Position numbers and translations under genes: made by a program. Of a DNA stretch of 60,763 nt, positions 9,890-20,875 are shown piece by piece. Source of the stretch: Actinomycetota bacterium (GTDB taxonomy: Bacteria > Actinomycetota > Actinomycetes > Actinomycetales > Dermatophilaceae); NCBI GenBank assembly GCA_046731055.1, contig JBKPKI010000021.1, forward strand, positions 1-60,763, in the 5' to 3' direction. The notes below the pieces were generated by a model. That model worked only from the letters and a program-made list of their open reading frames with translations, did not search any database and was not told the origin of the DNA. Within the stretch, counting starts at the first letter, position 1. Each line of letters opens with the position of its first letter.

Positions 9890-11104
9890 GTGCCGAGCGC
9901 TCTTCCCGACGGCGAACCCGCCCCGACCGCTGGCGACCTGCCCGGACCGGCTCTGGAACGTCTCGGCGGGGCTCCGTTCGGCGTCTACCTGCACGTCCCC
10001 TTCTGCACGGTCCGGTGCGGCTACTGCGACTTCAACACCTACACACCTGCCGAGGCGGGGACCGACCTCGGTACGTATGCGTCGGCAGCCCTTGGCGAGC
10101 TCGACCTGGCTCAGCGGGTCCTCGGCGACCGGGCTCCAGTCGTTGACACCGTCTTCGTCGGAGGCGGAACCCCGACCCTGCTGCCGTCCGGCGACCTCGT
10201 GCACGTGTTGCGCGGCATACGGGACCGGTTCGGCGTGGCCCCCCACGCCGAGGTGACCACCGAGGCCAACCCGGACTCGGTCTCAGCCGCCTCGCTGGCC
10301 GCGTTGGCGGCGGGCGGGTTCACGCGGGTCAGCTTCGGGATGCAGAGCGCCGTGCCCCACGTGCTGCGCACACTCGACCGAACCCATGACCCGGACAACG
10401 TCGCCCGGGCGGTTGGCTGGGCCCGTGCTGCGGGCCTCGACGTCAGCCTCGACCTTATCTACGGGACGCCCGGGGAGTCGCTGGACGACTGGCGGCGCAG
10501 CCTCGACGCCGCGGTCGCGCTCCGACCCGACCACGTGTCCGCCTACGCGCTCGTCGTCGAGGAGGGCACCCGACTTGCGGCCCGGGTTCGTCGCGGCGAG
10601 GTCGCGCCGCCGGACGACGACGACGAGGCCGACAAGTACGAGCTGGCCGACCAGGTGCTGACTACCGCCGGCTACGCCTGGTACGAGGTGAGCAACTGGG
10701 CCTCGGCGCCGCGCTTCCGGTGCCGCCACAACGAGGCGTATTGGTCCGGCGGCGACTGGTGGGGCGTGGGACCGGGCGCGCACAGCCACGTCGGGGGCGT
10801 GCGGTGGTGGAACGTCAAGCACCCCGTCGCGTATGCGTCGCGGCTCGCCGGGGGAGTCTCGCCGGCCGCCGCTCGAGAGGTCCTCACCGCCGAGCAGCGC
10901 CTCGACGAGTGGGTCCTGCTCGGCATCCGCCGGGCCGCGGGCATCCCCGTGGACGGCCTGGAGCCGGCCGGTCGCGACGCGCTCGCGGCGTTGATCACCG
11001 ACGGGCTGGTCGACGGGCGGGCCGCCGTCCGGGAGCGGCAGGTGCGCCTGACCCGGCGGGGACGGCTGCTGGCGGACACGGTCGTGCGCCGGCTCCTGGG
11101 CTGA
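9890..11104 (+). CDS. hemW: Radical SAM heme chaperone HemW (HemN-like)
   Basis: YLHVPFCTVRCGYCDFN (CxxxCxxC), GGGTPT, EANP, YEVSNW, CRHNEAYW; lepA-hrcA context. Confidence 0.95.
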   Translation: MPSALPDGEPAPTAGDLPGPALERLGGAPFGVYLHVPFCTVRCGYCDFNTYTPAEAGTDLGTYASAALGELDLAQRVLGDRAPVVDTVFVGGGTPTLLPSGDLVHVLRGIRDRFGVAPHAEVTTEANPDSVSAASLAALAAGGFTRVSFGMQSAVPHVLRTLDRTHDPDNVARAVGWARAAGLDVSLDLIYGTPGESLDDWRRSLDAAVALRPDHVSAYALVVEEGTRLAARVRRGEVAPPDDDDEADKYELADQVLTTAGYAWYEVSNWASAPRFRCRHNEAYWSGGDWWGVGPGAHSHVGGVRWWNVKHPVAYASRLAGGVSPAAAREVLTAEQRLDEWVLLGIRRAAGIPVDGLEPAGRDALAALITDGLVDGRAAVRERQVRLTRRGRLLADTVVRRLLG

Positions 11105-11143
11105 TCGACAGGGCCCGAAGGAGCCGGCGCACCGGAGGACGCG

Positions 11144-11542
11144 TCAGTGCAGGATGCGGATCTGGAACGGGTAGTTGTAGACCTCGCCCCTGCTCGCCTT
11201 GACCGCCCCGATGATGTGGAAGACGAAGATCAGGATGTTCGCGATGAAGAAGAGGACGAGAGCGACGGGGATGAGCACGATCGTGAACACGCAGATCCAC
11301 GCCACGATGTTCATGATCCAGAGGCCGACGTTGAAGTTGAACGAGCCGGCCGCCGCCTGACGGACCAGCGGGCTGCGGTCCTTGTAGATGAACCAGATGA
11401 TCAGTGGGCCGGCGAAGCTGAGCCATCCGGCCGTGACAATCGCAGCGATGATCGCCGACAGGTGGGCGAAGATGCTCGCGGTCTTCTCCTCACCCGTGGC
11501 GGGCAGGTGGCCTGAGGTGGGGCCGTAAGGCTGGTTGGTCAT
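11144..11542 (-). CDS. DUF4870 domain membrane protein
   Basis: EEKTASIFAHLS...GPLIIWFIYKDRSPLVRQAA...GAVKASRGEVYNYPF; GGGGAG RBS before ATG 11542. Confidence 0.85.
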   Translation of the reverse strand: MTNQPYGPTSGHLPATGEEKTASIFAHLSAIIAAIVTAGWLSFAGPLIIWFIYKDRSPLVRQAAAGSFNFNVGLWIMNIVAWICVFTIVLIPVALVLFFIANILIFVFHIIGAVKASRGEVYNYPFQIRILH

Positions 11543-11639
11543 GGTCTCCCCTGAAAGGTGTGCAGTGACACCGGTGTGACGTCGTGGCCGGCCCGGTTGT
11601 TCCACGTTAGGCCGAATTAGGGCCGGTTTCAGGGTTCGG

Positions 11640-12530
11640 TCAGGGTCTCTCCGGAGCTGTCACGAAGTCGAGAAGCTCCTCGACGCTTGCGAGCAGCGAC
11701 GGTTCGAGATCGGCGTAGGTGCGGACCCGCCCCAGGATCCGCTTCCAGGCCAACGCGATGTCGGCCTGCGTCTCGTGGGGCCAGCCGAGGGCTTCGCAGA
11801 TACCGTGCTTCCAGTCCCGACCGGGCGGGACCTCCGGCCAGGCGTCCAGTCCCAGACGGCCCGGGCGCACGGACTGCCAGACGTCGACGTACGGGTGCCC
11901 GAGCACCCTGACGTATCTCCGGGCGCCGGGCAGCGCGCGGACCGCGTCGACGATCCCCGACTCCTTGGTTCCTGGGACGAGGTGGTCCACCAGCACCCCC
12001 ATCCGCCGGCCGGGACCCGGTGCGAAGGAGGCGACGGTTGCCGGCAGCTCGTCCACGCCGTCCAGCATCTCGACGACAACGCTCTCGACGCGCAGGTCGT
12101 CGCCCCAGACCTTCTCGACCAGCTCCGCGTCGTGCCGGCCCTCGACGAAGAGCCGTGACGCCGCCGCCACCGCCGCCCGGTGTCCGGCCACGGCGGCCGA
12201 GCCGCTCGCGGTGCGCGACTCCGCCTGGCGGGCCGCGGCCAGAGCGGCGGTCGCGGCTCGTCGCGGCGGGGTGAGCATGATCGGGTCTCCGTCGACCAGG
12301 AACCCCGAACCGAGGGGGAACCCCCGCGTCCGGCCCTGCCGGTCCTCGAGGTGGACGACGTGCATCCCGCCGGCCTTCTCGACCCGGACGACGGCGCCGC
12401 ACCAACCGGTCTCGGCGTCCTCGACCACCAGCCCGCGCTCGGCCGCCACCTCGGCCGGCACAGGACGACCACGAGTCCGCCAGCCAGCCGCGAGAACGTC
12501 GAATCGGTACCGGTCTCGAGAGCTGGGCAT
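11640..12530 (-). CDS. DUF3097 family protein
   Basis: [38 protein letters not shown] and GHPYVDVWQ; usual position divergent from hrcA. Confidence 0.9.
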   Translation of the reverse strand: MPSSRDRYRFDVLAAGWRTRGRPVPAEVAAERGLVVEDAETGWCGAVVRVEKAGGMHVVHLEDRQGRTRGFPLGSGFLVDGDPIMLTPPRRAATAALAAARQAESRTASGSAAVAGHRAAVAAASRLFVEGRHDAELVEKVWGDDLRVESVVVEMLDGVDELPATVASFAPGPGRRMGVLVDHLVPGTKESGIVDAVRALPGARRYVRVLGHPYVDVWQSVRPGRLGLDAWPEVPPGRDWKHGICEALGWPHETQADIALAWKRILGRVRTYADLEPSLLASVEELLDFVTAPERP

Positions 12531-12618
12531 TCCGCGAGGCTACGCAGTCGCATACCCCGCCTTCACGCACCGCGCCGGGAAGAGGGGCGCCGGGTGAGGA
12601 CGTAGACTGGCACCCGGA

Positions 12619-12645
12619 TTGGCACTCGGGCACGTCGAGTGCCAG
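12619..12645 (+). promoter_or_regulatory. CIRCE element (HrcA operator)
   Basis: TTGGCACTC-N9-GAGTGCCAG directly upstream of hrcA; -10-like TAGACT at 12603-12608. Confidence 0.93.
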
Positions 12646-12691
12646 CCGCCCGTTAGGGGCTCTCGGAGTGCTCGTCGAGGGAGGTGCCGCC

Positions 12692-13741
12692 GTGACCGAG
12701 GAGCGTCGACTCGCCGTGTTGCGGGCCATCGTCCAGGACTACGTCCAGACCTCGGAGCCCGTCGGCTCCAAGGCCTTGGTCGAGCGGCATTCCCTGGGAG
12801 TCTCGGCCGCCACGGTGCGCAACGACATGGCCATCCTGGAGGAGGAGGGACTGATCCACGCGCCGCACACGTCGGCTGGGCGGGTGCCCACCGACGCCGG
12901 GTACCGGCTGTTCGTCGACCGGTTGAGCTCGATCAAGCCCTTGTCGGCCGCCGAGCGGTCGGCGATCCAGACCTTTCTCGCGGGCGCCGTGGACCTCGAC
13001 GACGTCGTCGACCGGACGGTGCGGCTGCTGTCGACACTGACCCGGCAGGTGGCGGTCATGCAGTACCCCAGCTTGACCCGATCCACGGTCCGCCACATCG
13101 AGCTGGTGCCGCTGGGGTCGGACCGACTCATGATCGTCGTCATCGTCAACACCGGCCGGGTCGAGCAGCGCATCGTCGGCACCGAAGGCGACCTCACCAG
13201 CGAGGCCGGAGAGGCGTTCATGGCGCGGCTGCGGGCCGCGCTCAACGCAGAGGTCGCCTCGCGGCCGTTCCTCGAGGCCTCGGCCCGTCTCGCCGCGCTC
13301 GCGGACCGGTTCGGGCCGGCCGACCGCGACACCGTGCGCGCGGTCGTGCGAACGCTCGACGACGCCCTGCTCGAGGAGCGGGAGGAGCGGGTGGTCCTCG
13401 CCGGCACGGCGAACCTGGCCCGTTCTGCGACCTCGCTCACCGACTTCCCGCTCACCATCGGCCCGGTGCTCGAGGCGCTGGAGGAGCACGTCGTGCTGCT
13501 CAAGCTGCTGAGTACCCTGGGTCGCGAAGGGCTCGAGCACGACGCCGTGGCCGTGCGTATCGGCCACGAGAATCCGCACGAGGGGCTCGTCTCGACCTCG
13601 GTCGTCTCCACGGGGTATGCGGCCGGCTCCGAGGTCGTCGCGGGACTCGGCGTGGTCGGTCCGACCCGGATGGACTACCCCACCGCGATGGCGACCGTGC
13701 GGGCCGTGGCGCGCTACGTCTCTCAGATTCTCGGCCCCTGA
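12692..13741 (+). CDS. hrcA: Heat-inducible transcription repressor HrcA
   Basis: [48 protein letters not shown] and GPTRMDY. Confidence 0.98.
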   Translation: MTEERRLAVLRAIVQDYVQTSEPVGSKALVERHSLGVSAATVRNDMAILEEEGLIHAPHTSAGRVPTDAGYRLFVDRLSSIKPLSAAERSAIQTFLAGAVDLDDVVDRTVRLLSTLTRQVAVMQYPSLTRSTVRHIELVPLGSDRLMIVVIVNTGRVEQRIVGTEGDLTSEAGEAFMARLRAALNAEVASRPFLEASARLAALADRFGPADRDTVRAVVRTLDDALLEEREERVVLAGTANLARSATSLTDFPLTIGPVLEALEEHVVLLKLLSTLGREGLEHDAVAVRIGHENPHEGLVSTSVVSTGYAAGSEVVAGLGVVGPTRMDYPTAMATVRAVARYVSQILGP

Positions 13742-13774
13742 CCTCCCTCTTTCGTTGTCAGACAAGGACATTCG

Positions 13775-14896
13775 TTGAACGACTACTACCAGGACCTCGG
13801 CGTCCCGAGAACGGCGAGCGAGGAGGAGATCAAGCGCGCCTACCGGCGGCTGGCTCGCCGGCTCCATCCAGACGTCAACCCGGGCGCGGAGGCTGAGGAG
13901 CAGTTCAAGCGGGTCGCGCAGGCGTACGACGTCCTGTCCGACCCGGAGAAGAAGCGCGCCTACGACATGGGCGCCGACCCCTACGCGATGGCCGGCGAGG
14001 GTGGCTTCGGGGCCGGCTTCAGCTTCAGCGACGTCATGGACGCCTTCTTCGGTGGCGGCGCGGCCACCCGTGGACCGCGGTCCCGACAGCAGCGCGGCCA
14101 GGATGCGCTGGTCCGGCTCGACATCGACCTGGCGGCCGCGGTGTTCGGCTCCGACGAGGAGCTGACCGTCGACACGGCGGCCGCGTGTGGGACATGTGGC
14201 GGCTCAGGCGCGCAGCCGGGCACTGGTACCTCGACCTGCAACGTCTGCAACGGCCGCGGCGAGGTGCAGACGGTCCAGCGGTCGTTCCTGGGACAGGTGA
14301 TGACCAGCCGGCCCTGCAACGCCTGCCAGGGCTACGGCACCGTCATCCAGCACCCCTGCTTCGAGTGCTCCGGACAGGGGCGGGTCCGGACCCGCCGCAC
14401 GCTGAAGCTACGGGTTCCGGCCGGCGTCGACACCGGCACCCGGATCCAGCTGTCCGGCGAGGGCGAGGTCGGCCCGGGCGCCGGACCGGCCGGCGACCTC
14501 TACGTCGAGGTCTCGGTACGTCCGCACTCGATCTACACGCGGCGCGGCGACGACCTGCACTGCCAGGTGGAGCTGCCCATGACCGCTGCGGCGCTCGGCA
14601 CGACGTTCCAGCTGTGGACCTTCGACGGCGAACGTGAGCTCGCGGTGGCCGCCGGTACTCAGCCGGGCGAGACGCTGACGCTGCGCTCCCTCGGAATCAC
14701 CCATCTGCGGGGCAACGGCCGCGGCGACCTCATCGTCCACGCCGTCATCCAGACTCCGACCCACCTCACGCCGGAGCAGGAGGACCTGCTGCGGCAGCTG
14801 GCCACCCTGCGCGGCGAGGAGCGTCCCGAGGGCAAGGTCGCGCCACTCGAGAAGGGGCTGCTCGGCAAGCTGCGCGACGCCTTCAAGGCCCGCTGA
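13775..14896 (+). CDS. dnaJ: Molecular chaperone DnaJ
   Basis: J domain with HPD and four CxxCxGxG repeats; TTG start. Confidence 0.98.
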   Translation: MNDYYQDLGVPRTASEEEIKRAYRRLARRLHPDVNPGAEAEEQFKRVAQAYDVLSDPEKKRAYDMGADPYAMAGEGGFGAGFSFSDVMDAFFGGGAATRGPRSRQQRGQDALVRLDIDLAAAVFGSDEELTVDTAAACGTCGGSGAQPGTGTSTCNVCNGRGEVQTVQRSFLGQVMTSRPCNACQGYGTVIQHPCFECSGQGRVRTRRTLKLRVPAGVDTGTRIQLSGEGEVGPGAGPAGDLYVEVSVRPHSIYTRRGDDLHCQVELPMTAAALGTTFQLWTFDGERELAVAAGTQPGETLTLRSLGITHLRGNGRGDLIVHAVIQTPTHLTPEQEDLLRQLATLRGEERPEGKVAPLEKGLLGKLRDAFKAR

Positions 14897-14962
14897 ACTG
14901 CCGGCTCGTGTTCTGAGCGTCATGGAAGTCCGACCGCCAGCCGCGCGAACCATCAGGCCGAC

Positions 14963-15706
14963 GTGACCGCGCGGATGTTCCTCCTGGACTCGGCCGCCTG
15001 GACGTCGGCAGCGGTCGGCGACGAGGTCGAGGTCAGCGGGCCGGAAGGGCGGCACGCCGTCGACGTCGTCCGGCTCCGCGCGGGGGAAACCGTGCTCCTC
15101 GGTGGCGGTGGCCGGCGCGCGGAGGCGACGGTCACGCATACCGGCAAAAGCGCGTTCTCCGCCCGGCTGGAGACCGTCGTGGACGAACCCGAGCACGACC
15201 CCCGCCTCGTCCTGGTGCAGGCGCTGGCCAAGGGCGGCCGCGACGAGCAGGCCGTGGAGGCAGCGACCGAGCTCGGCGTCGACGAGGTCGTGCCGTGGCA
15301 GACCGCCCGCGGGGTCGTCGTCTGGCGCGGCCGGGAACGCGAGGAGAAGGGCCGGCGGCGCTGGGAGTCGGTATGCGTCGCGGCCAGCAAGCAGTGCCGG
15401 CGCGCCCGCGTGCCGGCGGTTTCGGGGCCGGCGGCCACCTCAGACGTGGCCGCGCGTCTCAGGCGTGCGGCCCTCGCCCTGATCCTCCACGAAGCGGCCA
15501 CCGAGCCGTTGTCCGCACGGCCGCTTCCCATCAGCGGAGAGGTCGTGGTCGTCGTCGGGCCCGAGGGTGGGATCAGCGACGCCGAGATGGCCGAGCTGGT
15601 CGCGGCCGGAGGCCGCCCGGTGCGGCTCGGCCCCGAGGTGCTGCGGTCCTCGACCGCGGGGCCGGCCGCCTTGGCGGTGCTGTCAGCGTCGTTGCGCTGG
15701 CGCTGA
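14963..15706 (+). CDS. rsmE: 16S rRNA m3U1498 methyltransferase RsmE
   Basis: EGRHAVDVVRL, ATELGVDEVVPW, VGPEGG and LGPEVLRSSTAG. Confidence 0.95.
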   Translation: MTARMFLLDSAAWTSAAVGDEVEVSGPEGRHAVDVVRLRAGETVLLGGGGRRAEATVTHTGKSAFSARLETVVDEPEHDPRLVLVQALAKGGRDEQAVEAATELGVDEVVPWQTARGVVVWRGREREEKGRRRWESVCVAASKQCRRARVPAVSGPAATSDVAARLRRAALALILHEAATEPLSARPLPISGEVVVVVGPEGGISDAEMAELVAAGGRPVRLGPEVLRSSTAGPAALAVLSASLRWR

Positions 15707-15709
15707 TCG

Positions 15710-16828
15710 TCAACGGACCGAGAACGGCACGACGTTCTGGAAGGCGATGCTGCCGTCCTTGGGGCTGACCTCGATCGCGCGGAACTCGTACTGGCCGGCG
15801 GCCAGCGTCCCCAAGCTCACTGTCCACGATCCCTGTTGGGGACAGCCGCTGGTCGCCGTCGTGTGGCCCTGGTCGACGACCGAGCCGCCCTGACGCAGCT
15901 CCCAGGTGACGTTCGCCTCGAAGACGCACGCCTGGCCAGTCACGGTGGCCGCCTTGCCGGCGGGGAGCACCTGACCCGCATACGGGCTGTCCACCCAGAT
16001 CGGCGCGATCTCCTCGAACTGGCGGTCGTCGGCCGGCCGCTTGAAGATGTTCGTGCCGACGCTCTCGAAGATCCGCCCGCCGCTGACGACAACGGGGACC
16101 GGAGCGTGGGCCTGCTGCACCGCGGCGGTCACCGTCCATATCAGGGCTTGAACGGCCATCCGCTGCGCCTCCTCGGGCAGCCCCGTGACGCCTGGGCCGC
16201 TCAGGGACATCCCGACCTCGGGGGCGGGCAGGGCGACGTACTTCGCCGTCGTGCCCGCCGGCCAGGCGGCGACGAACCGGTTCGGATTGTCCCTCGGTAC
16301 GGTCACGGCGGCGGCGAGGGCCGCGTCGGCCTTCTGCGCCGTCGTGGCGCCGGCCGGCAGCTGGCCGGGGACGAACACCCGGACCAGACGGTAGTGGCCG
16401 TCCGCCGACCCTGGCGGCGCGACGTAGTAGACCGGCAGCGCCACGGCGACGGTCGGCACCGGAGCAGAGGTTCCCGACCCCGTTGGCGACGATGATGCCG
16501 AACCCGTCGTCGGCGCAGAGCTGCTCGGCGACGGGGAGCTGCTCGGCGACGGCGTCGCGGAACCCGTCGGCGAGGGGCTCGCCGGTGCCGGGGTTGGGCT
16601 GGTGGTGGGTCGCAGGCCCGACCAGACGGCGACGCCGATGGCGGCGACGGCGGCTGCGGCGGCGATCGGCGCCACCCACCTCCAGCCCCGGCGGGGCGAG
16701 GAGGAGACCGCGGCGCGGATGTCGCGGAGCCGGTCGTCGGGCTGCACGCTGTCGGCTTCACGGGAAAGCGCACCGCGCAGTCGGTCCTCGATGTCCTCGA
16801 GTCCCTCGAAGCCGTGACGGTCGGTCAT
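15710..16828 (-). CDS. Membrane-anchored GerMN/Gmad2 Ig-like protein (putative anti-sigma partner)
   Basis: Short cytoplasmic N-terminus, one TM, Ser/Pro/Thr linker, LPVYYV and C-terminal VTGQACVFEANVTWEL; overlaps the sigma-factor stop. Confidence 0.7.
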   Translation of the reverse strand: MTDRHGFEGLEDIEDRLRGALSREADSVQPDDRLRDIRAAVSSSPRRGWRWVAPIAAAAAVAAIGVAVWSGLRPTTSPTPAPASPSPTGSATPSPSSSPSPSSSAPTTGSASSSPTGSGTSAPVPTVAVALPVYYVAPPGSADGHYRLVRVFVPGQLPAGATTAQKADAALAAAVTVPRDNPNRFVAAWPAGTTAKYVALPAPEVGMSLSGPGVTGLPEEAQRMAVQALIWTVTAAVQQAHAPVPVVVSGGRIFESVGTNIFKRPADDRQFEEIAPIWVDSPYAGQVLPAGKAATVTGQACVFEANVTWELRQGGSVVDQGHTTATSGCPQQGSWTVSLGTLAAGQYEFRAIEVSPKDGSIAFQNVVPFSVR

Positions 16829-17415
16829 GAGGCACCTCCCAGCGCGCTGCGGAGTGTCGTGAGCGCCCGGTGGGCGTGCGCCTTCACCGAACCCGGTGAA
16901 ATGTCGAGCGCGTCGGCGATCTGCTGCTCGCTGAGGTCGCCGTAGTACCGGAGGACGACAACCTCCCGCTGGCGCAGGGGCAACCGGTGGACGGCTTCGA
17001 GGAGGGCAGCGTCTGCGTCGCGCCGGAGGGCGGTCACCTCGGCGCTCTCACCGGCGCTCCGGCCGAGCGCCTCCGCCGATCCGGCGACCGACGTGAGGTA
17101 GCGCGCCTCCACGCCGTGGCGCCGGAACCCGGAGCGGCAGCCGTTGACGACGGACCGGCGCAGGTAGGCCAGGGCCGTACCCTCCTCGCGCAGCCGGGCT
17201 AGCCGGGGGTATGCGGAGATGAAGGCGTCCTGGACGACCTCCTCCGCGCGGCTCCGGTCCCGCAGCAACAGGTGGCCGAGCCGCACCAGTGCCACCCAGT
17301 GCGCCGCATACAGCTCCGTGAGCGCCTCGTCGGAGCCGCGTCGCGAGAGAGCGTCGGAGGACCTCCGCGCGGCGCCGGCGCCGGTGCCCGGATCCAGCAT
17401 GCCGGGATCCGCCAT
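16825..17415 (-). CDS. ECF RNA polymerase sigma factor (SigE-like family)
   Basis: AEEVVQDAF, AYLRRSVVN and LPLRQREVVVLRYYGDLSEQQIADALDISPGSVK; start uncertain (17400, 17415 or 17430). Confidence 0.9.
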   Translation of the reverse strand: MADPGMLDPGTGAGAARRSSDALSRRGSDEALTELYAAHWVALVRLGHLLLRDRSRAEEVVQDAFISAYPRLARLREEGTALAYLRRSVVNGCRSGFRRHGVEARYLTSVAGSAEALGRSAGESAEVTALRRDADAALLEAVHRLPLRQREVVVLRYYGDLSEQQIADALDISPGSVKAHAHRALTTLRSALGGAS

Positions 17416-17496
17416 GCTCAAGGCTCCCATGACCAGAGAACGCGCGAGCCCGGGAACCGGTTGACACACACCGAGGGCGCCACCAGGATCGCGGCC

Positions 17497-17829
17497 ATGT
17501 GCCTGTTCTGCCGCATGCTCGCCGGCGAGGTGCCGATGGACGTGGTCCGCGAGACGGGACAGTCGGTAGCGTTCCGCGACATCAACCCGCAGGCACCGAC
17601 CCACGTCCTGGTCGTTCCCCGGCGGCACGTCGAGAACCTCGAGGCGCTTGCCGAGTACCCCGAGGAGCTGGCCGACCTCGTGGCGCTCGGTGCCTCTGTG
17701 GCCGAGGAGGCGGGGCTCGACGCCGGGTACCGGATGGTCGCCAACACCGGCGAGCTCGCCGGACAGTCGGTCTTCCACGCCCACCTGCACGTGCTCGGCG
17801 GCCGCCGGATGTCCTGGCCGCCGGGGTGA
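17497..17829 (+). CDS. HIT (histidine triad) nucleotide-binding protein
   Basis: MCLFCRM, AFRDINPQAPTHVLVVP and GQSVFHAHLHVLGGR...WPPG. Confidence 0.95.
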   Translation: MCLFCRMLAGEVPMDVVRETGQSVAFRDINPQAPTHVLVVPRRHVENLEALAEYPEELADLVALGASVAEEAGLDAGYRMVANTGELAGQSVFHAHLHVLGGRRMSWPPG

Positions 17830-17853
17830 CCGCTCTTTTCGCGATTCCCCACG

Positions 17854-17923
17854 GACCGAACTCAGATCCTTGCCGGTTTCAGCGGCTGATGTCCGTTTTG
17901 CCGGGGAACATCTGAGTTCGGTC
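17854..17923. repeat. Long imperfect palindrome
   Basis: GACCGAACTCAGAT (17854-17867) / ATCTGAGTTCGGTC (17910-17923), with further internal pairing. Confidence 0.8.
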
Positions 17924-17955
17924 GCATCGGCGGCCGCACGTAAACTGGCCGGAAC

Positions 17956-19074
17956 ATGACCGACGCCGACCATTCCTCCGCGCCGAGCGACCGCGACGAC
18001 CTCGACGACGTCACCACCGCGAGCCCGCACGTCCCGACGCACATCATCACGATCCCCACATCGATCCCGATGGTCACGCTGCTCGGACCGCGCGACGAGC
18101 TGTTGCGAACGATCGAGCGCGCGTTTCCACTGCTCGATGTCCACGTGCGGGGCAACGAGATCTCGCTGCGCGGTGCGAGTCCGGAGGTCGCCCTGGTCGA
18201 GCGACTGGTCGACGAGCTGCTCGTCATCCTCGACGCCGGCCAGCCGCTGAACCGAGACGCCGTCGAGCGCTCGATCGCCATGCTCCGCAACCAGACGCTG
18301 GAGCGCCCCGCCGACGTTCTGACGATGAACATCGTCAGCAACCGCGGGCGCACCATCCGCCCGAAGACGCTGAACCAGAAGCGCTACGTCGACGCCATCG
18401 ACCAGCACACCATCGTCTTCGGGATCGGCCCGGCCGGTACCGGCAAGACCTATCTGGCGATGGCCAAGGCCGTGGCGGCGCTGCAGGCCAAGCAGGTCAA
18501 CCGGATCATCCTGACCCGGCCCGCAGTCGAGGCGGGGGAGCGGCTCGGGTTCCTGCCGGGCACCCTCAACGACAAGATCGACCCGTACCTGCGGCCCCTC
18601 TACGATGCCCTGCACGACATGGTCGATCCGGAGTCGATTCCGCGGTTGATGGCGGCCGGGACCATCGAGGTCGCCCCGCTGGGGTACATGCGTGGCCGCT
18701 CGCTGAACGACTCGTTCATCATCCTCGACGAGGCCCAGAACACCTCGGCCGAGCAGATGAAGATGTTTCTCACCCGCCTGGGTTTCGGCTCCAAGATGGT
18801 CGTCACCGGCGACGTCACCCAGGTCGACCTTCCCGCCGGCTCGACCTCGGGCCTGCGCCAGGTCCGACAGATCCTTGACGGCCTTGAGGACATTCACTTC
18901 ACCGAGCTGACCTCGGCCGACGTGGTCCGGCACCGTCTCGTCACGGCGATCGTCGACGCGTACGACCGGTCCGATGCGCGTCAGCGTCGGGAAGGTATGC
19001 GGGACCGCCGGCCTGAGCGCCGCCGGCCTCCGCGCGACGACCGTGCCGACGAACCGAGAACGGCGACGCCGTGA
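17956..19074 (+). CDS. phoH: PhoH family ATPase
   Basis: [32 protein letters not shown] and GDVTQVDL. Confidence 0.96.
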   Translation: MTDADHSSAPSDRDDLDDVTTASPHVPTHIITIPTSIPMVTLLGPRDELLRTIERAFPLLDVHVRGNEISLRGASPEVALVERLVDELLVILDAGQPLNRDAVERSIAMLRNQTLERPADVLTMNIVSNRGRTIRPKTLNQKRYVDAIDQHTIVFGIGPAGTGKTYLAMAKAVAALQAKQVNRIILTRPAVEAGERLGFLPGTLNDKIDPYLRPLYDALHDMVDPESIPRLMAAGTIEVAPLGYMRGRSLNDSFIILDEAQNTSAEQMKMFLTRLGFGSKMVVTGDVTQVDLPAGSTSGLRQVRQILDGLEDIHFTELTSADVVRHRLVTAIVDAYDRSDARQRREGMRDRRPERRRPPRDDRADEPRTATP

Positions 19075-19547
19075 GCGTGGACGTCCTCAACGAAACCGAG
19101 TACCCTGCCGACCCCACCGAGCTCGTCGCCCTCTCCCGCTACGTGATGGGCGAGATGCGGGTTCACCCCCAGGCCGACCTCTGCATCACCCTCGTCGACG
19201 AGCGGGCGATGGAGACCCTCCATGTCCAGTGGATGGACCTGCCCGGCCCGACCGATGTCATGAGCTTTCCCATGGACGAGCTGCGGCCCGGGCGTGAGGA
19301 CCAGGACCCGGAGGAGGGTGTGCTCGGCGACATCGTGCTCTGCCCGAGTGTCGCGGCGAAGCAGGCCACCGAGGCCGGCCATGCCACCGACGAGGAGCTG
19401 CTGCTGCTGACAACCCACGGCATCCTCCACCTACTGGGCTTCGACCACGCCGAGGCGGACGAGGAACGCGAGATGTTCGAGCTCCAGCGGCAGCTGCTGC
19501 TGACATTCCTCGCCGGCCGGGGCCGGTCGTCCACCTTCGGACGGTAG
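19071..19547 (+). CDS. ybeY: rRNA maturation RNase YbeY
   Basis: [15 protein letters not shown] and [11 protein letters not shown]. Confidence 0.97.
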   Translation: MSVDVLNETEYPADPTELVALSRYVMGEMRVHPQADLCITLVDERAMETLHVQWMDLPGPTDVMSFPMDELRPGREDQDPEEGVLGDIVLCPSVAAKQATEAGHATDEELLLLTTHGILHLLGFDHAEADEEREMFELQRQLLLTFLAGRGRSSTFGR

Positions 19548-19555
19548 GAAGCACC

Positions 19556-20875
19556 GTGTTCACCCAGATGGTGCTGTTCGCGCTGGTGAGCATCGTCGTG
19601 GCGTTCAGCCTCGCGGCCGCCGAGTCGGCGATCTTCCGGATGTCCCGTGTCCGTGCCGCGGAGCTGGCCGACGAGGGGCGGTCCGGCTCGCGATCGCTGG
19701 TCACCGTCGTCGGTGACTCGGCGGCCTACCTCGCCGTCCTCGCCTTCCTGCGGGTCGTCGCCGAGGCGACCTGCGCGGTGTTCATCACGGTTGCCATCCT
19801 CGGCCTCGTCGACAGCGTCGGCTGGGCGCTGACCATCTCGATCGTCATCATGGCCGTCGTCTCGTTCGTCGTCGTCGGCGTCTCCCCTCGAACCCTCGGC
19901 CGCCAGAACTACGACACGGTCGCGCTATGGGCCGCCCCGGTCGCGGTCGGTCTACGCAAGGTGCTCGGCCCGGTCTCGCGGGTCCTCGTCGCCCTGGGCA
20001 ACGCCGTCACCCCCGGCAAGGGCTACCGCGACGGCCCGTTCCAGAGCGAGGCCGAGCTCCGGGACCTGCTCGACATGGCCGGCGACACGGCGGTCATCGA
20101 GGAGGGCGAGCGGGAGATGATCCACTCGGTCTTCGAGCTCGGTGACACGGTGGTCCGCGAGGTCATGGTGCCCCGCACCGACATGGTGACGATCAACCAC
20201 GACAAGAACCTGCGCCAGGCGATGTCGCTGTTCATCCGGTCCGGGTTCTCCCGCATCCCTGTTGTCGGCGAGGACAGCGACGACGCGCGGGGGGTGCTGT
20301 ACCTCAAGGACGTCGTGCGGAGGACCTATGCGGACCCCGACTCCTCGCACACGCCGGTGGACCAGCTCATGCGTCCGCTGCACTTCGTGCCCGAGAGCAA
20401 GCCGGCCGACGACCTCCTCAAGGAGATGCAACGGGAGCAGAACCACTTCGCGATGGTCGTCGACGAGTACGGCGGTACCGCCGGACTGGTAACCATCGAG
20501 GACATCCTCGAGGAGATCGTCGGGGAGATCGACGACGAGTACGACAAGGAGTCGCCCACCGTCGCGGAGCTGGAGGATGGCGCGTTCCGGGTGCCCGCCG
20601 GGATGAGCATCGACGACCTGGCCGACCTCTTCGACGTCGACATCGACGAGGAGGAGGTCGACACCGTGGGCGGTTTGCTGGCCAAGGCGATCGGGCGGGT
20701 GCCGATTCCGGGGTCGCATGCGCCGGTCGCCGGGTTGTCGCTCACCGCCGAGAAGATGGCCGGTCGCCGACACCGGATCGCGACGGTGCTCGTCCGGCGG
20801 CTCGAGTCACCGCATGAGGACGCCGAACCGCTAGCGCGGCGCGTGCTCGAGAGGGAGCAGGCCCATGAGCGATGA
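19556..20875 (+). CDS. Hemolysin/CNNM family protein (DUF21-CBS-CorC)
   Basis: N-terminal TMs, [43 protein letters not shown] and TVGGL. Confidence 0.93.
   Translation: MFTQMVLFALVSIVVAFSLAAAESAIFRMSRVRAAELADEGRSGSRSLVTVVGDSAAYLAVLAFLRVVAEATCAVFITVAILGLVDSVGWALTISIVIMAVVSFVVVGVSPRTLGRQNYDTVALWAAPVAVGLRKVLGPVSRVLVALGNAVTPGKGYRDGPFQSEAELRDLLDMAGDTAVIEEGEREMIHSVFELGDTVVREVMVPRTDMVTINHDKNLRQAMSLFIRSGFSRIPVVGEDSDDARGVLYLKDVVRRTYADPDSSHTPVDQLMRPLHFVPESKPADDLLKEMQREQNHFAMVVDEYGGTAGLVTIEDILEEIVGEIDDEYDKESPTVAELEDGAFRVPAGMSIDDLADLFDVDIDEEEVDTVGGLLAKAIGRVPIPGSHAPVAGLSLTAEKMAGRRHRIATVLVRRLESPHEDAEPLARRVLEREQAHER

Noticed and set aside
16500-16610. Short direct repeats (GAGCTGCTCGGCGACGG twice)
   Set aside because: They encode the Ser/Pro linker of the Gmad2-like protein and are not CRISPR or mobile repeats.
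16825-18933. 702-aa minus-strand ORF suggesting a giant sigma-factor fusion
   Set aside because: Only the last roughly 200 aa are sigma-like. The rest is the antisense shadow of the HIT and phoH genes, open because stops are scarce at high GC.
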